Part shown: positions 37,001-45,800 of the stretch, one piece after another
How the letters are laid out: each line of letters opens with the position of its first letter
Numbering within the stretch: position 1 is the stretch's first letter
Assembly (NCBI RefSeq): GCF_964194025.1
Contig: NC_134478.1
Span: 53,010,001 to 53,074,000, forward strand
Reading direction: 5' to 3'
From: Convolutriloba macropyga
Lineage: Eukaryota
Length of the DNA stretch: 64,000 nucleotides
Notes under the pieces: generated by a model
Databases searched by the model: none
What the model was told of the DNA's origin: nothing
The model's input: only the letters and a program-made list of their open reading frames with translations
Translations under genes and position numbers: made by a program

Positions 37001-40000
37001 ATTTTCCGGATTTCGATGCCCAAGCATTGATGTATCCCGGCCCTGGTGCTCTGCTGTTGTCTAGATGTGTCAATAACTTTATAGATTTCCCTCAAAGTAA
37101 AAGGTCTAAAGTAAAACTCTTGAAATTTCCGCTCTATTTTTTTGACGTTCAAGGGAACAATCTGCCCTCTGTAGATGCCCATTTCAATGAAAACTCGTTA
37201 AAAGTTGTTGCATATTGATTTTTTGTCTTTCGTTTTTCTTACCATTTTCAACAATTTCAGCGATGTCTGGACTGTTGTTATTCATTCCAATTTTTTTAAT
37301 GAAATTCCATTTCTCTTTTGACAGATTCAAAGAAACTCTCTCCTCTGGTCATTTGATCCGCACGCAAAACCATAGAATAGCTTCTAGCAGCCACCAACTC
37401 CATACAGTAACCATTAATAAAGTGTCGCTCAACGCTTTCGACGATAAACGATACATTCTTGACAATGGGATCGACACGCTGCCGTTTGGTCATAAATATT
37501 GTCCACGATCGTTTCTTCGACTGAGACGACAATTTCGACAATGAATCGCTTAGTTTCTGGTCGTCTGTGGAGTTGCACGAAATTGAAAACCAGAGGGAAA
37601 TTGAAACCACAGTCGAAGCGAATACTGACAACGCTGAAATTCCTGACCCCGGCTTTGTAAGAACCGCCGCAATCAGAGAGTTTGATATTCATTCTGATGA
37701 AATTGCCGACAAAAATGAGATAGAAGAAGAACATCCAGTGTATAACCCATTTATTGATTATGAAGCGATAGAATCAGACTCTTAATTAACAAAAGAAAGC
37801 GATATTTTCTATTCAATTGGACGCTTTTGTACATGTTTAATTCTCTTATCTATAACAGTTTCTATAACAATTCTATTCTATATGTTAAAACGTAAAAATT
37901 CAGCTTTAATTCAAATCTGATTTGCTAGGTTTTGCCACAAATAAGCAAGACAAGTTAAAACTGGAATGGCTTTCCAAAAGCGCAATACCAACAATAAGCC
38001 GCCAGACAAATACATGTAGCGCAATTACCACTTTCTTAACAAAAAAGATCCCCCCTAGGGGATCAGGGATCCCCCTCTGCCGAACGGAACTCGAAAGGTG
38101 CTCCCCCCGATCTTCCTGTATATATACGATACTACTGCTGACGCTATTTTTACCTTGCTAATAAAATTTTTTAAAAATTGAACAAAATTTTTTTTGTAAT
38201 TGATGTTTGTTGTTATTTTTGTTTGATTTTGTTGTTCGTCTTGACTTGCTTTCTTAAAAATGACTGCTCTCATCAGTCTTATGGCATTTTTACTAGGCTG
38301 AGCTATCTGCGTTGGAGGCGATCTTTTTGTTCACACATTTAAAAAAAATACTTTTGGGGCTCTCTATCTATTCCTCATTTGGTAGACATTTATGCCGAAG
38401 ACGTGGATGAGTGGGGTGAGAACTTCATGTGCGAACGCACAGTACCGAGCATCCTTGATAAAGTTAAAGATAAGCATCATCCCTTGAACCGTAATACAAA
38501 CAGCTACTAGCAGTGTTAAAACACCATTTCTATCTTGCTCCGAGAAAAGTTGCTTATAATACTTTCACAAGGGTCAAATATAAGTTTGAAGATGAAAAAC
38601 TTCAAAATGACGCAGGAAAATTTGAAACCACAGAAATTATAGCGTCGTTGCTTTTTAACAGTCAGGAGAAAATATCTCTAAAAATAATTGCAAAAAAATC
38701 TTTTTATTATTTTATAAGCTTTTCATCAGAGTCCACGAAGTGGGATACAAATCAGAGTCGACGAAGAGGGATACAAATTACGCGTTTTTGACAAACGATG
38801 TACTCGAAATTTATAAATTTGCAGCTTGAGACAAAGGCAAGAATCCCCAAAAATCCAGTTGATGGCTCACAAACGGCCTAGCATTAATAATAAAGAAACT
38901 AGACTAAAAAACAATTTTTTAAAAAAGAATTCATTGTGTTTTACCATCCCCGTAGCGGTCACTGTTTTTTAAGCAGAATGACTTGGATAAACATTCAGAA
39001 TCTTTTTAAAAGGCCAGATGCAGACATTTTTTCCGAATGGCAAAGCGTTTTTATCAGCCTAAGCAGCGTCTTCTGTGGAGTTTTCATAGTGGAAACATCC
39101 CGTCAGAAATCACAATGGATAAAATTGTTCCAGGCGTTCCTAATCAATTCGCTCGGTGAATTGATTAGGAACGGGAATGGTAACTTTCCAGGTTTTCTCA
39201 ACCGGAATTAGCGCAATTCTATTCACTGGGAAAGCTTGTGCCAAGTTTTCGGAAATGTTCGATGAGTTAAAAGAACAAGTTTTGTGAAATATGCATGTTT
39301 AGTCCTAAATTAGGTAATAACGAGCAAATATTGAAATGCGAACATGCAACTTGAGTCTGATCATGGTTGGGTCATGGATGGGCTATCGTGGAGAGGTCTT
39401 ATTATGACTACAATTTGTCGCCCAAAAAATTATGTAAGAGGTCACGGGGCGTCTCTAAAACTACCCCCATTTACATTTTTAATTTTGAGTCAGCACGCTA
39501 GTAAGGAAAGATTTTACATTCTTTTGCAGGATTTTGCCTTCTTCAAAACTAAAGTCATGTCATCACAAGAGTTACAAGAGTTAGAATCGATGAAAATAGT
39601 AGAAAAAGGCGGACGAATTTCTCCTCTTTTCAACCATAGAACCAGCGGCAGAAAATAAAAATTCGGAGAAGATGAAGGTGAAATAACAAAGGAAGAAAAA
39701 TGAATTAAAATGTATTTAAAATTGAATTTCACCTCCAGAATATCAAGTGTGGTATTCTTACCCTCTTGCTCGATCTCTCTCTTCCTTCTTGTCTGCTTCT
39801 CAGAGCTATCCTTTTGGCAGAATGGAGCTTTGTCCACACACTTGTGACCCTGAGGACAACAGTAGGCCTGTACAATTGGGGAGTCAGAACAGCACACTGC
39901 ATTGGGGTGTGCACAACATCCGTAACTGCCTTTGAATTGTGGAATGGGACAACAGGTGCTCGTGTTTTGACAGTAATTCTAACCAGCAAAACTTTTCTTT

Positions 40001-43000
40001 TTATTGAGTTAGATCGACAACAGAAAAAAAATTATTATAAACTTTCCCAAATCTATATTACCAAGATTAGTTGCACCTAGGTCCCACCTAGGTGCATTTT
40101 ATGCATAGCAGCGTGCTATATAACAGAACCTAAATTGCAAGAGGTGGGGTTATAAAAGACAATACCAGGTGCCGAAACATAATTGGTCGACATTCTCAGT
40201 GAAACTTGATAGATCTTGACAACACAAGAACCTATTAGTTGATAAGTTGCACGCTAAGAAACAAAAAGAAAAAACTTTCTTTCACTGAGTTAAGTTATCG
40301 AAAAATCACACTAAAAGTTGTTACTCTCTAAGATCGAATCCTTCCACGCGACCCCACAAAAAGCGTGGTAGTCTGATTTGAGAGGCAGGTTTCAACACTG
40401 AGCCCAGAAAAAGATCCCTATCGTGAGATAGTCTTCGAATCAGAGGTCTGAGGGGGCGGGGGTCATAAGTCATTTCAATCATTCGATCAACCAATCGGAC
40501 CTACCTCAGATTTCGATTTGAACCTCTGGTCCCAAACCAACCGTCAGCAAAACAAAATCTTAAGGTAACATTTTCATCAGTACCCGCTTCAGTATAGCAA
40601 AAAGTTCATTTCAATGAAGCTTGTAAATCTTAAGATTGTAAATCTTACTTTCATTGATGCTACAATTAATGACAAAATCTTCAGAAAGAAAGCCGGAATA
40701 ATTTTTAATTCAGAACACTTACTTTTTCTCCTAAGCAGGGTAGTGGAAAAAGTTTTCAATATTTTGTTTCCGGAAATATTTTTACATAAGGACTTTGACC
40801 TTTTCTAGAAACGGATCGAAAAAATTGGATAAAACTGAAATTAGTTTATAGTTTGGAACCGCTTTCTCATTTTCAAAAGATTTGGAAGAATTGAAAATTT
40901 ATTGGCGCTTCCAAAAAATGAAAATTGACAAAGATTCTATTAAGCACATTGACAACAGGAGGTACAAAATGCACGCAAAACAAGTCACACGATAAATGGC
41001 TATTGCAAGAAAATATCAGCTGAACGTTCTCTAGAAAAAAATATGCGTCAATTCTATAAGCTGATCTTGCAACTCATTTTGAATATAATGCTTCTGGAAT
41101 TTCGTTTTGCAATGTTTTTCATTTGTTTAAAGAAGGGCCCCCAAGAGGTCTCGCTGGTTCGAACATTTTGGAACATCGTCGTCGTTTAAAAACAGATAAA
41201 TCAAGTCGCTTTCAATTGCTTAACTTCGAGTGGTTCAGAAAAAGACAATTGCGCTCCTCTCAGATTCTCGACAAAACACTAAACCTCTACGTACACGCAT
41301 ACAAATACAGACCTTTTAAAACCTATAATTGCTTGAAACTGAAAAATTCAAAAAATATTATTTGTCACTTTCGTGGGAGTACACATTTGCTAATACTTTT
41401 TTTCTTCAGGAAATATACCAGTGAAGTTTTTAACCGTTTCGTCAATCGATGCTCATTTTTTCCTTAAGTTTAAGCGTTGGCATGACTTACTGATGAAATC
41501 ATTGAATAGAATGACCAGAATTTATTTAAAATGACAGGATAAGGAGAAATAAGACCACCTATTAGAAAATAAAAGATTAAAAAAACATACTTCAAAATAG
41601 TATTATCTTAATTCATAAGAGATCGAGGAAGATGTGTGTTTAAGGAATTATTTCCTCTCTCAAAATGTCTAAAAGCAACCAACCTGTAAAAACTCGATTG
41701 AAAGAAAATTGAATAAAGCAGAAAAATAAGTAAGATATATAATTGAAGAAACGCAATAATCAATAGGCAATTATAAAAAAAAATCATACACAAGATAAGC
41801 GTCGTAAATTCTAACACAAAAATAATTTTCACATGACTTCCCTTTGTATCACAATCTTTAGACCAAAAACTCATGAAACTTTATTAAGCTTCCGAGGTTG
41901 AGGTGCTATCCGGAACTGACCTCTGACCAGACCGTGCCAGACGAAAGTAACCTCTGACCAGACGATCCCAGACCAAAGAATTCTCTGATCAGACTAAAGT
42001 GCGCTCAAAACACCGTGTGCGCTCGAAATTATCTCTGATCAGACTTTTCCAGACGGAAATGACCTCTGATCAGACCGAAATTAGACCATTGTCCAGACGA
42101 TTGTGCGACCATGGCCCAGACCGAACCTAGACCATCGTCCAGACTATTGTGCGCTCAAAATCACTTCTGATCAGACTACTGTGCGCTCAAAAGTCACTCC
42201 TGATCAGACTAGTAAGCGCTCGAAATCACCTTTGATCAGACTCATTTGCGCTCAAAATAGTCTGGTCATTGAATGGTTTTCACTATGAACGAATTTCTTT
42301 AATTTTGTTATAATATATTTATTTCATAAAAATTGATGTTTGCGTTATTAAATTCATCTAAAGAAAAGGACATTCTAAAAGTATTGCTGAAGAAAAGAAA
42401 TCCCAACTGCTGAGAAAAAATTTATTTAGTATACCATTAGTGCATATTTCGATTAACTCAATGGATGAATTAAGACTGCTTTCCATATAAAACGTCGTTC
42501 TCTACCCTTAAACAAAATTTCTTTTTAAGGGGACCGGCATTTTCTATCAGCTGGACGCAAACCATTAGACTCTAGATGAGTCTGTGATCATAATGATGCT
42601 TTTTGTTGCCTCTTGGAAGAGCTAACATCTCTCCAATGAGACCCGATTCCGCTGAAAATCTTCCCTGATCAGACTAATGTGCGCTTGAATCCGCCTCTGA
42701 TCATACCATCCCCAGACCAAAGTGACCTCTGATCATACTATTGTGCTCTCGAACCAAATCCAGACCCTGTAATTCTGGTCTGGAAACACACCGTGTGCGT
42801 TGGACTTGGTCTGATCAGAGGTCACTTCCAGATGGCGCCGCAACCTGGGTTATAAAAATCGAATATTAGGAACAAAACAAGGAAAAGATTAAAAGAAAAG
42901 TTTGCCTGGTCAGGACACAAAATGACGTTGGGTTGTCTGAACACCTCAATAGCTGTCCCTTTTGATATGTAACACACATAAACTGTAAGTAGTAGATTTA

Positions 43001-43016
43001 TAATCTTCAAATACAT
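9955..43016 (-). CDS. GRN: Progranulin-like secreted protein, 6 exons, 365 aa; complement(join(9955..10070,14772..15044,26401..26564,30221..30437,39762..39978,42906..43016))
   Basis: Exon lengths 111+217+217+164+273+116 = 1098 nt; intron phases 0,1,2,1,1 all match. Spliced product has a signal peptide and three granulin modules (CC-doublet pattern, AVCC.D...CCP motifs) and ends at TAG. Confidence 0.92.
10643..12752 (+). repeat. Local tandem duplication, unit about 1.09 kb (about 10643-11665 and 11729-12752)
   Basis: Collinear from atttgactt.gcaagcaag.tttaaatgtaagaccgc to ctcacgtt.g.t.g.gatagattc. The ORF track shows parallel QARFKCKTAN spurious ORFs. Confidence 0.9.
12395..13188. mobile_element. 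MULE-like MITE with GACAATAGATCGAAA subterminal repeats
   Basis: Inverted ends (gg)tgaactaggacaatagatcg / ctattgtccagtcacc; 9-bp TSD GTATTTGGG at 12386-12394 and 13189-13197. A truncated duplicate starts at 11309. Confidence 0.75.
14772..15044 (-). CDS. GRN: Progranulin-like exon 5 (long linker with GKR and N-part of granulin 3)
   Basis: tttcag|(P)EQAEVARNPH...NSMSGKRASPK...AVACHSNPVVYCHDGYTCCP, then G|GTATAA donor. Confidence 0.9.
19755..20050 (+). pseudogene. Decayed copy of uncharacterised HDAGG...(A/G)PGY protein (copy 1)
   Basis: FRLHAVLHDAGGHLKRRHNIAPGYIYSSPCCSCFNNPYLGHVSSLLY*; premature stops relative to copy 2. Confidence 0.65.
20223..20535. repeat. Perfect 32-bp-arm hairpin followed by about three 98-bp tandem repeats
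   Basis: Arms 20223-20254 and 20261-20292 are exact reverse complements around an A6 loop; atattgacac recurs at 20261, 20359 and 20457. Confidence 0.95.
20681..21173 (+). pseudogene. Frameshifted copy of uncharacterised HDAGG...GPGY protein (copy 2)
   Basis: MNCSAG...KFP N-part, broken by frameshifts and stops in A-runs, then an open C-part FRFHAVLHDAGGHLKRRHNIGPGYIYASSCCSCCNNPYLGHVSGLIYCLSAKLFCKSYRKLQL*. A third N-terminal remnant (MNCAACKTELFSSKFL) starts near 21756. Confidence 0.65.
22006..23240 (+). repeat. Direct repeat B (about 1.2 kb), second copy 24446-25657
   Basis: Both start aaacctctcaatggcaagaaagg and end gtggtgagcgcgc; nearly identical over most of their length. Confidence 0.95.
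23241..24100 (+). mobile_element. 5' fragment of Gypsy-like LTR retrotransposon (LTR about 23241-23656, PBS about 23658, decayed gag)
   Basis: Begins TGTTACG; ends ...ttaata followed by TGGTGCCG (PBS-like). Downstream frames give PFEPTEQW..., AIIVG and LSQGKITL pieces resembling a Gypsy gag N-terminus. Confidence 0.55.
24446..25657 (+). repeat. Direct repeat B' (copy of 22006-23240)
   Basis: As for 22006-23240. Confidence 0.95.
26401..26564 (-). CDS. GRN: Progranulin-like exon 4 (C-part of extended granulin 2)
   Basis: gtgtag|G then CCHNANGEYYGYCGVSNAVCCSDEKSCCPSGYSCAQSPSGATVCSKGTTPNNPL, then C|GTAAGT donor. Confidence 0.95.
29744..30045. mobile_element. MULE-like MITE with GGAAATAAACCCCCAC subterminal repeats
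   Basis: Inverted tandem-repeat arms; near-perfect 9-bp TSD AACTTTTAT/AACTTTTAC; inserted into another short repeat. Confidence 0.75.
30221..30437 (-). CDS. GRN: Progranulin-like exon 3 (linker and N-part of extended granulin 2)
   Basis: tttacag|(D)LTPLKIVLAQKL...VTCELDKSGTCESGEKCCYDTGSGSSNGTDTFAGCCPETA, then AC|GTTAGT donor. Confidence 0.9.
30450..31019. mobile_element. EnSpm/CACTA-like MITE with CACCGC/GCGGTG repeats
   Basis: Termini CCCGGGTCGAGG...CCTCGAGTCGGG flanked by aa on both sides; dense inverted tcaccgc/gcggtga motifs. Confidence 0.65.
30776..30850 (+). mobile_element. Degenerate tRNA-derived (Pol III A/B box) segment inside the MITE
   Basis: TGGCGCAGTGGT A-box and GCTCGAACT B-box-like motif at tRNA-like spacing; no intact cloverleaf seen. 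Confidence 0.4.
33958..35398 (+). repeat. Direct repeat A (about 1.44 kb), second copy 38137-39576
   Basis: Collinear from gctgac..tattt to catcacaagagttaca, with scattered substitutions. Confidence 0.93.
35400..37320 (-). mobile_element. 5'-truncated, frameshifted LINE (CR1/L2-like) ORF2 reverse transcriptase remnant
   Basis: RAPGPG, NYRPVS, QFGF, LDLAKAF, GVPQG..LGP, FADD and YLGVQID motifs across ORFs 36133-37182. Confidence 0.92.
37317..38136 (+). mobile_element. Right-hand end of a Polinton/Maverick: decayed protein-primed DNA polymerase B C-terminus and terminal ACTACT
   Basis: NKVSLNAFDDKRYILDNGIDTLPFGH is the characteristic Polinton polB C-terminal motif. After a frameshift and stop an acidic tail (PDPGF...NPFIDYEA) follows. 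The element ends tatatacgatACTACT (AGTAGT on the other strand) at 38136. Confidence 0.85.
38137..39576 (+). repeat. Direct repeat A' (copy of 33958-35398)
   Basis: As for 33958-35398; begins exactly after the Polinton ACTACT terminus. Confidence 0.93.
39762..39978 (-). CDS. GRN: Progranulin-like exon 2 (granulin 1 and RRKR)
   Basis: ggttag|NYCQNTSTCCPIPQFKGSYGCCAHPNAVCCSDSPIVQAYCCPQGHKCVDKAPFCQKDSSEKQTRRKREIEQE, then G|GTAAGA donor. Confidence 0.95.
41892..42849. mobile_element. Non-autonomous EnSpm/CACTA(CMC)-like DNA transposon, copy 2
   Basis: CCGAGGTTGAGG...CAACCTGGG flanked by TT on both sides; CTCTGATCAGAC repeats; homologous to 8470-9540. Confidence 0.8.
42906..43016 (-). CDS. GRN: Progranulin-like exon 1 (signal peptide and Cys1 of granulin 1)
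   Basis: MYLKIINLLLTVYVCYISKGTAIEVFRQPNVILCPDQ; donor CAG|GCAAAC (GC), phase 0. Confidence 0.8.
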
Positions 43017-44029
43017 TTTGCCCAAAATGCGCAGTTTGAATTGCAGTGAAATTGAAATTATAATTTGAGCTAAGGTGACATTTAAAGAGCAAATAGAAAG
43101 TAGGATGAGTTTGTTTCTCTTGATCACAGATATAGTTTCATCATTGACCACAAATTCATATAACACTACTTAGCAACTTGGGCAAACTTAACATTGCCAA
43201 TGTGGACACAGAATGTATGCGAATTTAATTACAAAGCGAAAAATGACGCTTACATTTCGGTCGAAATTCCAATATCAATGTCTAATTTCAATATGATTTG
43301 TTCAATCGAACTTTACGAATGAATTTAAAAAATCCAATTAAAAAAATGCATGAGACCATTATGATAGCCTGAACTTTTATTTTTGGCATTATGAACCAGC
43401 TCTCCTACAAACTAAAATGGACCATTTGTTTCACTGTACATAAACCTAAAAAATAAATAATAAATAAACATGTAATAAATTAAACAAAAAATAAATAAAT
43501 AACCTAACAGTTTAAACCTAACAGTTCATTATAGTGAAATAAGGGTGCTTTTTCACAGAATAATTTTCTGCTAAATTAAAAATCGAGCAGTTGAAAATTA
43601 TAAATTAAGACGACTGTATCAGCGAGCTTTGATCATCTATCAGAGGTCTTGCAAGGGAAATTATCATAGTTCAACATTCGGTCGCACAAGAATGCATCCC
43701 TTCAATACAAACACTTTTTATCGTGAAACGAACTTTCTGCCAAAATGATAACTTTAAACAAAGTAACTTACAAAATACGTATGTAAGATGCCTTTATTAA
43801 GAGATCATTAATTTTTGCGATAGCAATATCGCTCAAATTGAAGAAATTTTAACAGTCAACAGTGTCCAATTAAAAAATCTAACCGACTGACGTCGGGCGA
43901 ATTGCTCTCAAACAACCCGCGAGCGGTTGGCTTCGTCAGTAGCTAGCCACGGTTTAGTGAGGCTAGATTTAGCTTAATTGAAGGGGGCATGAGGTGAGGG
44001 TAATAGATGATGACATCACGTTACATACC

Positions 44030-44067
44030 AGCAGCTGAAGAACTGCATCATCAAAAGAGTTAAGGAA

Positions 44068-44123
<56 letters not shown>

Positions 44124-44362
44124 CGAGAGAGAGAGTGAAGGAGTTAGATAGATAGAGTGTGCGATAGAGAAAACGTGAACGAGAAAGAAAAGGAAAGAGA
44201 TCCGATCCATCAGAGAGAGACAGAGGGAGGGAGAAACAGAAATGTGGCTGAAGTGCGGCATCATCAAAAGAGTTAAGGAAAAAGAGAGAGAGAGTGCGAT
44301 AGGAAAAACGTGAACGAGAAATAAAAGGAAAGAGACCCGAACCACCAGAGAGAGAGAGAGAG

Positions 44363-44415
<53 letters not shown>
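44030..44415. repeat. (GA)n microsatellites within a two-copy local duplication
   Basis: Long agagag runs; gcatcatcaaaagagttaaggaaa and gaaaaacgtgaacgagaaa each occur twice. Confidence 0.95.
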
Positions 44416-44418
<3 letters not shown>

Positions 44419-44699
44419 GAGAGCCAGGAATGTTCTCCATGATGAGATTTGACTCTGCAACAGTTGATTTGACTCCTCTAGTTTTCTAGCCTAAATAGTA
44501 ATTCAATCATATAGAAAAATAAAACTGAAAGTGTAAAATTCAAAAGAAAAGTTTCCACTTGTCGCAGTGAAAAAAAAACAGTTTGAAACCATTTTTTGTC
44601 TCTGAAGCTTTGTCGTGTAACCCAACGGCAATACTTAAAAAGTTTCCGTTGGCCAGTAATGGTCGTTAAACTCAGAAAAGAACAAATATTCAAAAATGT

Positions 44700-45800
44700 T
44701 TAAAACAATTGCAAAACTTAACATACAGCAAATCTTGATAAAATTCGTGATATCATTATATTAGGAAACATTTATTTTAGGAACCATCTTTGACTAGTTT
44801 CACTGGTTCAAGATCCAAAATTTTGGAAAAATGATATTAATTTTCCGAAAACAAAAAAAAATAAATTCTATCAAAAAATTGCTGAAACTCGAGTCACTAT
44901 AATACTGATAGCCATTCCATTAACTCTGAAAATTATACAGAATCTTATTAGCAAACCTCGGAGGAGGCCCCTGGTGCAAGATAAAAAATCAAAAGATCTT
45001 CAAAAATTTTTTGAAAAATTGCTCAAATTTGTGATATTAAAATCATGAAAAACAATAAATTACACATAGAATCTATGCAGTAACTTATTATCAAACCCTA
45101 GAGGACGTTCATTGGTTCTTGAGGCTGGGGAAACCTAAAAATGACAACCAATTTCAAAAATATTTTGAAAAAAATTGCAAGTGTTTTCTTCCAATAATCT
45201 TGAAAAATATTCTATTACATCTAAAAACTATACAGTAATCTATTATCAAACCCTAGAGGAGGTTCATTGGTTGTTGAGGCTAAAGAAAACTAAAAAGAGA
45301 AACAATTTAGATAAACTTGAAAAAAATTGCAATAACTTTTGGAAAAAATTGAAAAAAGTTCGTAATAACAAAAACATTGCATTACATCTAGAAACTATAA
45401 AGCAACCTATTATGAAGCCCTCTAGAGGAGATTCCTTGAAAAAATGCAAGTTTTATCAAAAAAAGGCTATACTTTTGATATTAAAAAATTGAAAACTAGT
45501 CCATGGTCAGTAAAAAGTTTCAGTAACTTATAGTGAAACCCTTAAGGAGGTTTTCTGGCCCATGGGTCTAGAAAAACTTGAAGAATGATAAAAATATCAA
45601 AAAAAATGAAAAAAAAGTTTTGTTTTTAAAAAATGCTAAAAATCGTGATGTTATTATATTGAAAACCGTTCCATTACCACTAGAGACTGTCCAGTATTCC
45701 CCTAGAGGAAATTTCATTACACCTAGGTTGAAAAACTATATAAACAAAAATTTCGAAAAAGCTTGAATAAATTTTGAAAATTAGTATAAATTTGCGTGTT
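44700..45800 (+). repeat. Degenerate AT-rich minisatellite, unit about 120-170 bp
   Basis: An aaaccctagagga-like motif recurs near 44954, 45094, 45249, 45418, 45538 and 45700. Confidence 0.65.

Noticed and set aside
39730-39761. Alternative exon-2 donor GAG|GTGAAA
   Set aside because: Phase 0, incompatible with the phase-1 acceptor of exon 3.
43969-44460. 163-aa and 116-aa SL-rich ORFs
   Set aside because: Translations of (CT)n microsatellite.
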